Positions 55,851 through 64,000 of a stretch of DNA of 64,000 nt are shown in pieces. Position 1 is the first letter of the stretch. Each line of letters starts with the position of its first letter. The notes under the pieces were generated by a model. It searched no databases. It had not been told where the DNA came from and saw only the letters and a program-made list of their open reading frames with translations. Source of the stretch: Polyangiaceae bacterium (GTDB lineage: Bacteria > Myxococcota_A > Polyangia > Polyangiales > Polyangiaceae); the NCBI GenBank assembly GCA_035063585.1, contig JAPSGB010000025.1, positions 1 through 64,000 on the forward strand, read 5' to 3'. Both the position numbers and the translations under genes were made by a program.

Positions 55851-57857
55851 GTGGACGTCCCGAGCGCGCTCTCAGCCTCGATCCCGGGGCTCCTCGTCAG
55901 CGACGGCACGCCTGATCGCGTGGCGTACTCTCGCGATCTCTGGCCGCGGCGGCTCATCGACGTTCGCGCGGGTCGCGTCGCTGAGCATCGCCCCGCGTGC
56001 ATCGCGTGGCCGACGACCACCGCGGAGGTAGCGGCCCTGGTCCGCTTCGCCGCGTCCGAGGGAGCGCCGCTGGTTCCCTTCGGAGCCGGCAGCGGCGTCT
56101 GCGGCGCGATTCAGCCCGACGAACGGACCATCGTACTCGACCTCAAGCGGATGCGCGACCACTCGATCGAGCGCGACGCAGGGCTACTCGACGTGGGCCC
56201 CGGAGCGATGGGGATCACGCTCGAGCAAGCGCTGCTTCGCGAGGGGTACACGACCGGTCACTATCCCTCGAGCATCCTCTGCTCGACGGTGGGCGGGTGG
56301 ATCGCCGCGCGCGGCGCCGGGCAGTGCTCGGGTCGATACGGGAAGATCGAGGACATGGTGGTCTCCGTCGAGTGCGTGCTCGGGTCCGGGGAGACTATCG
56401 AACTCCGCCGCCGTCGCAGCGCTCCCGACCTCGTGCCCTTGATGATCGGGAGCGAGGGGACCATGGGAGTCATCACGCGCGCCAAGCTCCGGCTCCATCG
56501 CGCGCCGACCAGTCGCGCATTCAGCTCCTTCTCCTTCAAGAACATTGCGGACGGCTGGGCAGCGCTGCGGCTCGTCTATCAACACGGTCTGCGCCCCGCG
56601 GTGTCGCGGCTCTACGATCCCATCGATTCGGTGCTGATGCGCGAGGGCTCGGTGAAGCCTGAGCGCAAGGGGGGGGCCCGCGGACCGGACGCGAGCTCAC
56701 GGCTCGGGGCCGTCCTCCGTTCCGCGCTCCGCGTGCCGGCAGCTCTGAACGCGGCCATCGAGGCGACCGAGGGCAACCTGCTCGGCGGAAGCACGCTGGT
56801 CCTCGTCTTCGAGGGCGACTCGGACGAGACGTACGCCGATCGGGAGCGCGCGAGCGCGCTCTGCGGCGAGGCGGGGGGCGTAACGCTCGGCGAGGGACCG
56901 GCGCGCACCTGGTTCGAGCACCGCTACAGCGTCAGCTATCGGCAGTCTCCGGTGTTCCGCCTCGGCGCCTTCAGCGACACGATGGAGGTTGCCGCGCCCT
57001 GGTCTCGGCTCGGCACGCTCTATGATGACGTGCGTCGCGCGCTCGGGGAGCACGTGCTCGTAATGGCGCACCTCAGCCACGCCTATCCGGACGGCTGCAG
57101 CATCTACTTCACGTTCTCGGGCGTCGGCCGTGACGACGCCGACGCGGCCGCGCTCTACGAGCGAGCTTGGCGCGCCGCGCTCGGCGCCGCCATCGGCGCG
57201 GGGGGCACGCTGTCGCATCATCACGGGGTTGGGCGCAGCAAGGCGCCGCGTCTCGGCGAGGAGCTCGGCCACGGCGTCGAGATCATTCGCCGCATCCTCG
57301 CCGCCTGCGATCCCGCCGGCGTCATGAACCCCGGGAACCTCACCCCCCGCCGAGACGAGCCCTGCGCCCCCCCGAGCCCGCCGGCGCTCGCCGCGCTCGA
57401 CGAGACGTCGCTGCTCGCCACGGCCGCCGGCGAAGAGCGCCTCTCGGAGCTTCGTGCGAGGCTCGCGCGTTCCGGGTTGACGCTTCCGCTCGCGTACGAG
57501 CCCGATGGCGCGCAGACCGTCGCGGGCTGGATCGCGGCCGGCCTCCCGGGCTCGCGAGACACTTGGGAGGACCCGGTCGGACACGCGCTCGCGGGGCTCG
57601 ACGCGCGCCTCGCGGACGGCGCGGCGCTCGCGGTGCGCCCCGCGCCGCGGCGCGCGGTCGGCCCCGACTTACTCGCCTTGTTCACCGGAGCCGGCGAGCG
57701 GGTCGGCGTCGTCGAGCGAGCCACGCTCCAGGTGGAGCGAGCGGGCACGCCGAGTCCGCGGGCCCTCCGATTCGACGCAGAGCGCGAGCCGCCGCTCTCG
57801 GAGGGCGAGCAGCGCCTCTGGGAGCGCATCGCCGGTGCCGTCACGCGTCCGGCGTGA
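55851..57857 (+). CDS. FAD-linked oxidoreductase, alkyl-dihydroxyacetonephosphate synthase-like, with degenerate second FAD-binding-like domain
   Basis: VPFGAGSGVCG, GHYPSS..CSTVGGWIAARGAGQ, GSEGTMGVIT, HLSHAYPDGCSIYF, SHHHGVG, MNPG. Confidence 0.85.
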   Translation: MDVPSALSASIPGLLVSDGTPDRVAYSRDLWPRRLIDVRAGRVAEHRPACIAWPTTTAEVAALVRFAASEGAPLVPFGAGSGVCGAIQPDERTIVLDLKRMRDHSIERDAGLLDVGPGAMGITLEQALLREGYTTGHYPSSILCSTVGGWIAARGAGQCSGRYGKIEDMVVSVECVLGSGETIELRRRRSAPDLVPLMIGSEGTMGVITRAKLRLHRAPTSRAFSSFSFKNIADGWAALRLVYQHGLRPAVSRLYDPIDSVLMREGSVKPERKGGARGPDASSRLGAVLRSALRVPAALNAAIEATEGNLLGGSTLVLVFEGDSDETYADRERASALCGEAGGVTLGEGPARTWFEHRYSVSYRQSPVFRLGAFSDTMEVAAPWSRLGTLYDDVRRALGEHVLVMAHLSHAYPDGCSIYFTFSGVGRDDADAAALYERAWRAALGAAIGAGGTLSHHHGVGRSKAPRLGEELGHGVEIIRRILAACDPAGVMNPGNLTPRRDEPCAPPSPPALAALDETSLLATAAGEERLSELRARLARSGLTLPLAYEPDGAQTVAGWIAAGLPGSRDTWEDPVGHALAGLDARLADGAALAVRPAPRRAVGPDLLALFTGAGERVGVVERATLQVERAGTPSPRALRFDAEREPPLSEGEQRLWERIAGAVTRPA

Positions 57858-58272
57858 GGCGTCCGCGATCCATCAGCTCGAGGCCGCTGGTGAGTCGCTC
57901 GAGGGCCCCCTCGACGCGTCGCCGGTCCTCGTCGTCGAGGGGGCCGGCTCCGGCGCGATGGAGCGCGTAGCGGAGCGCTGCGGCCTCGATCGGTGAGAAG
58001 GCGGCGGCGCGCTCGTAGGCGAGCTCGGGGACGCGATAGCGCAAGAGGAGCGAGCCATCGAGGCGCACTTGCTCTCCAACCACCTCGGCGCGCGGCCGAT
58101 GCTGCCCTGCGAGCTGTCGAACTACGGTGCGGACGCGCCCGGCTCGCCGGCGCACCTGTCGCAGTCGAGCCTGCTCGAACAGCTTGAAGTGGCGATTCCT
58201 CGACCACACCTCGGGTGCGATGACCAGCGCGCACAGCAGAGCCTCCGGATCGATGGCCGGTGCGCCCGTCAC
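57841..58272 (-). CDS. Hypothetical protein
   Basis: GTG start overlapping the prfA stop; LCALVIAPEVWSRNRHFKLFE...VRRRA. Confidence 0.6.
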   Translation of the reverse strand: MTGAPAIDPEALLCALVIAPEVWSRNRHFKLFEQARLRQVRRRAGRVRTVVRQLAGQHRPRAEVVGEQVRLDGSLLLRYRVPELAYERAAAFSPIEAAALRYALHRAGAGPLDDEDRRRVEGALERLTSGLELMDRGRLTPDA

Positions 58273-59333
58273 GTCGCGCTCTCCAGGCGAGCCGCCTGGT
58301 GCCACGCGACGAGCGCGTCGACGACCTCCTCGAGATCGCCGCCGACGATCGCGTCGAGGCGATGGAGGGTGAGGCCGATCCGGTGATCGGTCAGCCGATT
58401 TTGCGGATAATTGTAGGTCCGGATCTTCTCCGAGCGATCCCCGGCCTTCACCATGTCCCGACGCTCGTCGCGCACCGCTTCCGCGCGGCGCTGCTCTTCG
58501 ATGTCGAGCAGCCGGCTTCGCAGGATCTTGAGCGCCTTGGCCTTGTTCTTGAGCTGGCTGCGCTCGTCTTGGCATTTCACGATCATTCCGGTCGGCAAGT
58601 GCGTGATCTGAACCGCGCTGTTGGTGGTGTTCACGCCCTGTCCGCCGGGGCCGCCCGAAGCGGCGATGTCGATGCGGAGGTCCTTGTCGTCGATGTGCAC
58701 GTCGACCTCGTCGGCCTCCGGCAAGACCGCGACCGTCGCGGTAGAGGTGTGGATGCGTCCCTGCGCCTCGGTGGCCGGCACGCGCTGCACCCGGTGCACT
58801 CCGCCTTCGTATCGCAAGCTCGAATAGACCCGCTCTCCGCTCACGAGCGCCACGACCTCCTTGAATCCGCCGGCTGACGCCTCGCTCTGGTTCAGAATCT
58901 CGACGCGCCAGCCCTTCCCCTCGGCGTAGCGCGTGTACATGCGGAAGAGATCGGCGGCGAACAGCGCGGCCTCCTCGCCGCCCGTGCCCGCGCGGATCTC
59001 GAGCAGCGTGTTCCTGTCGTCGTTCGGATCGCGAGGGAGGAGCAGGAGCTGAAGCTCGCGCTCGAGCTCGGCGAGCCGTGCCTCGAGGCTCGGGAGCTCC
59101 TCGCGCGCGAGCGGTCCGAGGTCCGGATCGCCGAGCGCCTCGCGGTCGTCCGCGATTTGCTTGTCGACCGAGCGATACTCCTGGAACGCCTCGATGACCG
59201 GGAGGAGCTGCGCGCGCTCGCGGTTCAAGCGCGTCAATCGCTCGCGGTCACCGAGCACCGCCGGCTCGCACATGAGCTGGTCGATCTCTTCGTTACGGCG
59301 CGCGAGCGTCTGGAGCTTCTCGATCGGGATCAT
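58269..59333 (-). CDS. prfA: Peptide chain release factor 1
   Basis: EIRAGTGGEEA, GVHRVQRVPATE (PxT), GGQ motif, IRTYNYPQNRLTDHR. Confidence 0.98.
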   Translation of the reverse strand: MIPIEKLQTLARRNEEIDQLMCEPAVLGDRERLTRLNRERAQLLPVIEAFQEYRSVDKQIADDREALGDPDLGPLAREELPSLEARLAELERELQLLLLPRDPNDDRNTLLEIRAGTGGEEAALFAADLFRMYTRYAEGKGWRVEILNQSEASAGGFKEVVALVSGERVYSSLRYEGGVHRVQRVPATEAQGRIHTSTATVAVLPEADEVDVHIDDKDLRIDIAASGGPGGQGVNTTNSAVQITHLPTGMIVKCQDERSQLKNKAKALKILRSRLLDIEEQRRAEAVRDERRDMVKAGDRSEKIRTYNYPQNRLTDHRIGLTLHRLDAIVGGDLEEVVDALVAWHQAARLESAT

Positions 59334-59337
59334 CCGC

Positions 59338-60471
59338 TCACATGGCTGCGGTCAGCGCTCGCTGCAGCGTGGCGTAGCTGTCGAAGGTGCGGTCCTCATC
59401 GTTCGCTTGGTCACCGAGCGCCGACTCGGCCTCGACCGCCACTGCGAGCGCGGCGAGCGCGATCTCGAGCTGCGCGTCGTCCGGTTCGATGGTGGTGATC
59501 TTCTGCACCAAAAACCCGGGCCAGAGCAGCGCCCTCAGTGGGCCGCGCGTGCAATAGCGCGCGAATACCCGCTGAATCTCGAAGGTGACCGCGGCGATGA
59601 GCGGGAGGAAGGGGAGCTTCAAGACGAAGAAGGCCACGTTGTCCCCGAGCTTGCCGAGCCCGAGCTGCGGCAGGAGCGGGCCGATGCCGGTGAACACGAG
59701 GATGCTGACCAGCGCGACCATCACGAGGAAGGTGGTTCCGCACCGTGGGTGTAGCGTGGTCATCGGGCGCGCGTTCTCGACGGTGAGCGGCCTGCCGGAC
59801 TCGTAAGCGTAAATCGACTTGTGCTCGGCGCCGTGATACTGAAACACGCGGTAAATCTCGGGCAATCGTCGGATGAGGAGCATGTAACCGACGATGATGA
59901 CGAGCTTGCCGGCGCCGGTGAGGAGCTGAAACCCGGGGCTCCTCACGTCGTAGCCGAGATCGAACACTCGGCTCGTGCCGGCCGCGAACGCCTGCGGGAG
60001 CGCGACGAACAAGAGGAGCGCGAACCCGATGGAGAGTGCGGTGAAGAGCCGCTTCTTCACGTCGCCCTTCGATGCTCGTGGGGAGCCGAGGGGCTCGTCA
60101 GGCTCGGCGACGAGGAGCGCGAGGATTGGGAGCGTCAGCGCCGTCAGGATGCCCGGCCCCTTCGCCTTCTCGGCCGCCTCTGCTTCCTCCAGATCCTGCT
60201 CGAAGATGTCGGCCGAGAAGCGCAGCGCGCTGCTGCCGAGCTTGAGCGCCTCGACCAGCGTGACGATGCCGCGGACCAGCGGCCAAGCCTTCACGCCCTT
60301 GCGGGTGTCAGCCATCGCTCGCTCGCGCACCACGAGCTCGCCGTTCTTGCGGCGGACCACCGCCGTGAACGCGCGAGGCGAGCGCATCATCACGCCTTCG
60401 ATGAGCGCCTGCCCGCCGATGTACGGTCGCGACACGCCATCGGGGCCGGTGACGTTCGGCTGATTCGACAT
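59338..60471 (-). CDS. DUF1385 membrane protein
   Basis: IGGQALIEGVMMRS, FQYHGAEHK, HPRCGTTF, QKITTIEPDD. Confidence 0.92.
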   Translation of the reverse strand: MSNQPNVTGPDGVSRPYIGGQALIEGVMMRSPRAFTAVVRRKNGELVVRERAMADTRKGVKAWPLVRGIVTLVEALKLGSSALRFSADIFEQDLEEAEAAEKAKGPGILTALTLPILALLVAEPDEPLGSPRASKGDVKKRLFTALSIGFALLLFVALPQAFAAGTSRVFDLGYDVRSPGFQLLTGAGKLVIIVGYMLLIRRLPEIYRVFQYHGAEHKSIYAYESGRPLTVENARPMTTLHPRCGTTFLVMVALVSILVFTGIGPLLPQLGLGKLGDNVAFFVLKLPFLPLIAAVTFEIQRVFARYCTRGPLRALLWPGFLVQKITTIEPDDAQLEIALAALAVAVEAESALGDQANDEDRTFDSYATLQRALTAAM

Positions 60472-60519
60472 ACGGCCCAATATAGCTCGCGACCCGCGCT
60501 TCGTAAGCGCGCCCCCGGA

Positions 60520-60726
60520 CTACTTCTGGACGTTCGCGTACTTGCGGCGGAACCGGTCGATCCGGCCCTGCGTGTCCATCAGGCGCTGCTTGCCCGTGTA
60601 GAACGGGTGACACGCGCCGCATACGTCGACGACGAGCTCCTTGGAGGTGGAGCGGGTCTGGAACGAGTTGCCGCAAGCGCAGGTCACGGTGAGGACCTCG
60701 TACGCGGGGTGGATGCCGTCTTTCAT
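60520..60726 (-). CDS. rpmE: 50S ribosomal protein L31 (zinc-binding type)
   Basis: MKDGIHPAY...CACG...[12 protein letters not shown]...GRIDRF. Confidence 0.97.
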   Translation of the reverse strand: MKDGIHPAYEVLTVTCACGNSFQTRSTSKELVVDVCGACHPFYTGKQRLMDTQGRIDRFRRKYANVQK

Positions 60727-60934
60727 GGTGCTGGGCTCCCGAGATGGGCCGCGGAACCTAGCGCCTTCGCTCCGGCCCCGCAAGACGCTCCCCGTCTCGG
60801 GGCGCAGAGGAGGGCGCCTTCGGCGTCACCTCGCACGATGTGATTCATACATGGTTACCGAACGTTACGGCGATAGGGAGCGCTCTCGCCGGGAACTTGA
60901 CGTTACGTCAGTTGTGGCTCATAGCTCAGGGGCC

Positions 60935-61906
60935 ATGAGTGACCGCCCCACGCGAAGGGAGGCCATGAAGCGCCTCGCCGCCACGGGGGCCGTGCTTGGC
61001 GGCGCGGCCGTGGTCGCCAAGCTCCACTTCGATCGCGGGGGCTTCGATTTGTCGAAGCCCGCCGGCGAGCGCCAGGTACGTGACTTCCAGGTCACTCGCG
61101 CGCCGGGCCAGCCCGCCATGGCGATCGCGAAGAGCTCTACGGATCCGGCGGAGCTCGTGAAGCGCGCGGTGGACGGGCTCGGCGGGATTGGGCGCTTCAT
61201 CTCCCGTGGCGACATCGTCGCGATCAAGCCGAACATCGGCTGGGACCGCGTGCCCGCTCAGGCCGCCAACACCAACCCGGAGGTCGTGGCCGCCATGGTG
61301 CGGCTCTGCTTCGAGGCCGGCGCGTCTCGGGTGGTCGTCACGGACTCCTCCTGCAACGAGGCGAACCGCTGCTTTCAGCGCTCAGGGATCTGGCGCGCCG
61401 CGCACGCCCTCGGGGCCACCGTCATCTTGCCCGCCGAGCATCGCTTCCGCACCATGCGGATGAAGGGGGACGTGCTCGACGAGTGGCCGATTTACACGCC
61501 GCTCGTGAACGCCGACAAGGTCATCAACATGCCGGTGGCCAAGCACCACAACCTCGCGAAATTCACGGCCGCCATGAAAAATTGGTACGGCGTGCTCGGC
61601 GGGCGGAGAAATCGTCTGCACCAGAACATCGATCGGTCGGTCGCGGATCTCGCCACCTTCATGCGCCCGACCTTGACCGTGATGGACGCAACCCGCGTGC
61701 TGCTCCGTAACGGCCCGCAGGGCGGCAACATCGACGACACGCGCGTGATGAACCAGGTCGTCGCCAGCATCGATCAGGTCGCGACCGACGCCTACGGCTG
61801 CACGCTCATCGGTGAGAAGCCGGAGCGCCTTCGGTTCCTCGAGCTCGGGCAAGAGCGCGGCATCGGCACCATGGATTGGCAGTCACTCCCGCACGTGGAG
61901 GTTTAG
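60935..61906 (+). CDS. DUF362 protein with twin-arginine-like signal
   Basis: TRREAMK, IKPNIGWDR, ANTNPEVV, INMPVAKHH, MKNWYG, DQVATD. Confidence 0.88.
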   Translation: MSDRPTRREAMKRLAATGAVLGGAAVVAKLHFDRGGFDLSKPAGERQVRDFQVTRAPGQPAMAIAKSSTDPAELVKRAVDGLGGIGRFISRGDIVAIKPNIGWDRVPAQAANTNPEVVAAMVRLCFEAGASRVVVTDSSCNEANRCFQRSGIWRAAHALGATVILPAEHRFRTMRMKGDVLDEWPIYTPLVNADKVINMPVAKHHNLAKFTAAMKNWYGVLGGRRNRLHQNIDRSVADLATFMRPTLTVMDATRVLLRNGPQGGNIDDTRVMNQVVASIDQVATDAYGCTLIGEKPERLRFLELGQERGIGTMDWQSLPHVEV

Positions 61907-62086
61907 GAGTTGTACGAGCGCGCGCTCGACGGCTTCGTCACGACGGCGCCGCCCGGCGCGGGCCTGCGCTTTGTCATTGCTGCCCGAGCGGGGCGACCGA
62001 TGGGCGCGCGCGCGAGCTCAATCACGGCCTACCATCGAGCCGAGCGAAGCTCGCTTCAGCTGTCGCACGCGGAGGGCACCGGCTAG

Positions 62087-64000
62087 ATGCGCGAACACCA
62101 CGAGACGGTAGAACCGGGACTCCCCACGCCGATTCGGTGGCTCGGGACGCCCGGGCTGGTCGAGCCGCTCGATCGTGCGCGCCTCCACGTCGCGACGCCG
62201 GAAGCGCTCGGGCCGCGCGGTTCCGCGCCGGCCCAAACACCCTCTCACCCGAGGCCCGGGCGCGCTCACGGCTGGCAGAGCCCTGCGAGAACGCTCGGGA
62301 GCACCGGCGCCGGCTGGGCGATCTCCGGCAGGCCCTCGATCGCTCGAGCCGGCGGGGGTGGGTGTCGGAGCGGCGCGGAACCGCGCTCCTCGGGCACGTG
62401 CGGCTGCGGCGCGAGCTCGAGCGGCGTGGGTCAGACAGCGGCGGCGAGCGCCTCCGCCGCGGCGGCGAGCGAGGTGAGCGAGCCGAAGGCGCCCGCGCCG
62501 CCCGCGGCCGCGCCACCGGCGAAGCCAGCGAAGCCGAAGAAGAAGCGCCCCGGCTCCGGGATCCCGGCGCGACGCATCATCCGCGCGCTCGTGTGGGTGC
62601 GGCGCGTCTCGCAAGCGACGTTCATCGGGCTGTTTCTCTATCTGCTCTTCCAGACCGCGTTCCGAGGCACGTTCAGCGCTTCGGCGGACACTCCGGTGCG
62701 GCTGCCGCTGCCCGTCGAGGGCTTCCTGCTCGCGGACCCGTTCGTCGCGACGATGACGCTGCTCAGCACCCACACCATCTACCGTGGGCTCGCGTGGTCG
62801 CTGGTCATCATCGCGCTCACGGTGGTGTTCGGGCGGGTGTTCTGCGGCTGGATTTGCCCGTTCGGCACGCTTCATCACTTCGTCAGCTGGATCTTCCCGA
62901 GCCGCTACATCAAGGGTAATCGCCGGGTCGAGTCGAACAAGACGAAATGGTGGCAGGTCGGGAAGTACTACATGATGTGGGGCTTTCTCGCCGCGGCCGC
63001 GGCGGGGAGCGCCATCGGCGGGCTCTTCGATCCCATCTGCGTCGCGGTGCGCACCATCGGCATCGGTGTCTTGCCGGCGCTCCAGTACATCGGCGTTCGC
63101 GGCTCGGACGCCATCGCCGACACCAACGTGCGCGCGCTCCAGACCGCCGCCGACGGCGCGCAGGACTTCCTCGCGCGCACGGTGTGGACCTCGTATCAGT
63201 ACTACTACCACCAGACGTGGTTCATCGTCTTTCTGCTCCTCGCGACGCTCTTCATGAACCGCTTCATCCCGCGGTTCTGGTGCCGAGTGCTCTGTCCGCT
63301 CGGCGCGTTCCTCGGAACCATCTCGCGGTTCGCGCTCTTCGGAATGGAGAAGGACCACTCGAAGTGCACGGACTGCAACCTGTGCTTGGTGGACTGCCAG
63401 GGCGGCGACAGCCCGCAGGGCGGCGTGAAGCACCAGGCCTCCGAGTGTCACATGTGCCTCAACTGCGAGGTCGCGTGCCCGGAGGACGTCATCAAGTTCC
63501 GCTTCCTGCCGAACCGCCGGAGCCGCGTAGAGAAGCCGAGCCTCGAGCGCCGCACCGTGCTCGCCACGGCCGCCGCCGGCGCCGTCGCGATCCCCGTGAT
63601 GCGCATCGCGAACTGGCCGGACAAGGGCTATAACCCGAAGGTCATCCGTCCGCCGGGAGCGGTCGAGGAGCGCGAGTTCCTGGACCGCTGCATCCGGTGC
63701 GCGGAGTGTATGAAGGTTTGCCCGAACAACGCGCTGCACCCCGCGTTCTTCGAGGCCGGCGTCGAGGGGATGTGGACGCCGATCCTGATCCCGCGCATCG
63801 GCTACTGCGAGTTCTCCTGCGTACTCTGCGGCCAGGTATGCCCCACCGGCGCCATCCAAAAGATCACCGAGAAGGAGAAGATGGGGATCGGCCAGAAGCC
63901 GATCAGCCTCGGCACCGCGATGTACGATCGCGGCCGGTGCCTGCCCTGGGCGATGGCGACGCCGTGCATCGTCTGCGAAGAGTTCTGTCCGACCTCGCCG
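62087..64000 (+). CDS. Membrane 4Fe-4S binding protein (NapH/MauN + MauM-type fusion), 3'-partial; start uncertain (62087 or 62474)
   Basis: Frame 2: GRVFCGWICPFG, RFWCRVLCPLG, CTDCNLCLVDC, CHMCLNCEVACP, RPPGA, CIRCAECMKVCP; runs off the window end, so it is missing from the ORF track. Confidence 0.88.
   Translation, partial: MREHHETVEPGLPTPIRWLGTPGLVEPLDRARLHVATPEALGPRGSAPAQTPSHPRPGRAHGWQSPARTLGSTGAGWAISGRPSIARAGGGGCRSGAEPRSSGTCGCGASSSGVGQTAAASASAAAASEVSEPKAPAPPAAAPPAKPAKPKKKRPGSGIPARRIIRALVWVRRVSQATFIGLFLYLLFQTAFRGTFSASADTPVRLPLPVEGFLLADPFVATMTLLSTHTIYRGLAWSLVIIALTVVFGRVFCGWICPFGTLHHFVSWIFPSRYIKGNRRVESNKTKWWQVGKYYMMWGFLAAAAAGSAIGGLFDPICVAVRTIGIGVLPALQYIGVRGSDAIADTNVRALQTAADGAQDFLARTVWTSYQYYYHQTWFIVFLLLATLFMNRFIPRFWCRVLCPLGAFLGTISRFALFGMEKDHSKCTDCNLCLVDCQGGDSPQGGVKHQASECHMCLNCEVACPEDVIKFRFLPNRRSRVEKPSLERRTVLATAAAGAVAIPVMRIANWPDKGYNPKVIRPPGAVEEREFLDRCIRCAECMKVCPNNALHPAFFEAGVEGMWTPILIPRIGYCEFSCVLCGQVCPTGAIQKITEKEKMGIGQKPISLGTAMYDRGRCLPWAMATPCIVCEEFCPTSP

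Overview
Very GC-rich bacterial DNA. Gene content (MYXO-CTERM Cys-rich protein, myxosortase-type CPBP protease, SgmX-like TPR protein, MXAN_5808-like S41 protease, Ser/Thr kinase) points to a myxobacterium, probably Polyangiaceae/Sorangiineae (inference). Positions 1-5700 are a decayed accessory zone: a 5'-truncated Cys-rich surface-protein gene plus fragments of type I restriction HsdR, kynurenine formamidase and a Doc toxin. The rest is mostly core genome: nucleotide-sugar dehydrogenase, CARDB protein, sgmX-like, tldD, pdxA, an orphan adenine DNA methyltransferase, tRNA-Ala, tRNA-Val-thrS-infC, yajC-secD-secF-recJ, mlaF/mlaD, S41 protease-pdxJ-acpS-nnr, an ECF sigma factor, nadC-birA, a FadF-like oxidoreductase, psd, an AGPS-like flavoprotein, rpmE-DUF1385-prfA, and DUF362 plus a 4Fe-4S membrane protein cut by the window end. 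The most striking feature is in the doc pseudogene: an exact 36-bp duplication (4747-4782 = 4821-4856) flanks a foreign 38-bp insert. This repeat-spacer-repeat has CRISPR dimensions and may be a natural off-target Cas1-Cas2 spacer integration (nascent neo-CRISPR). No cas genes or canonical CRISPR array are in the window. All product calls come from motif recognition by eye; no database searches were run.
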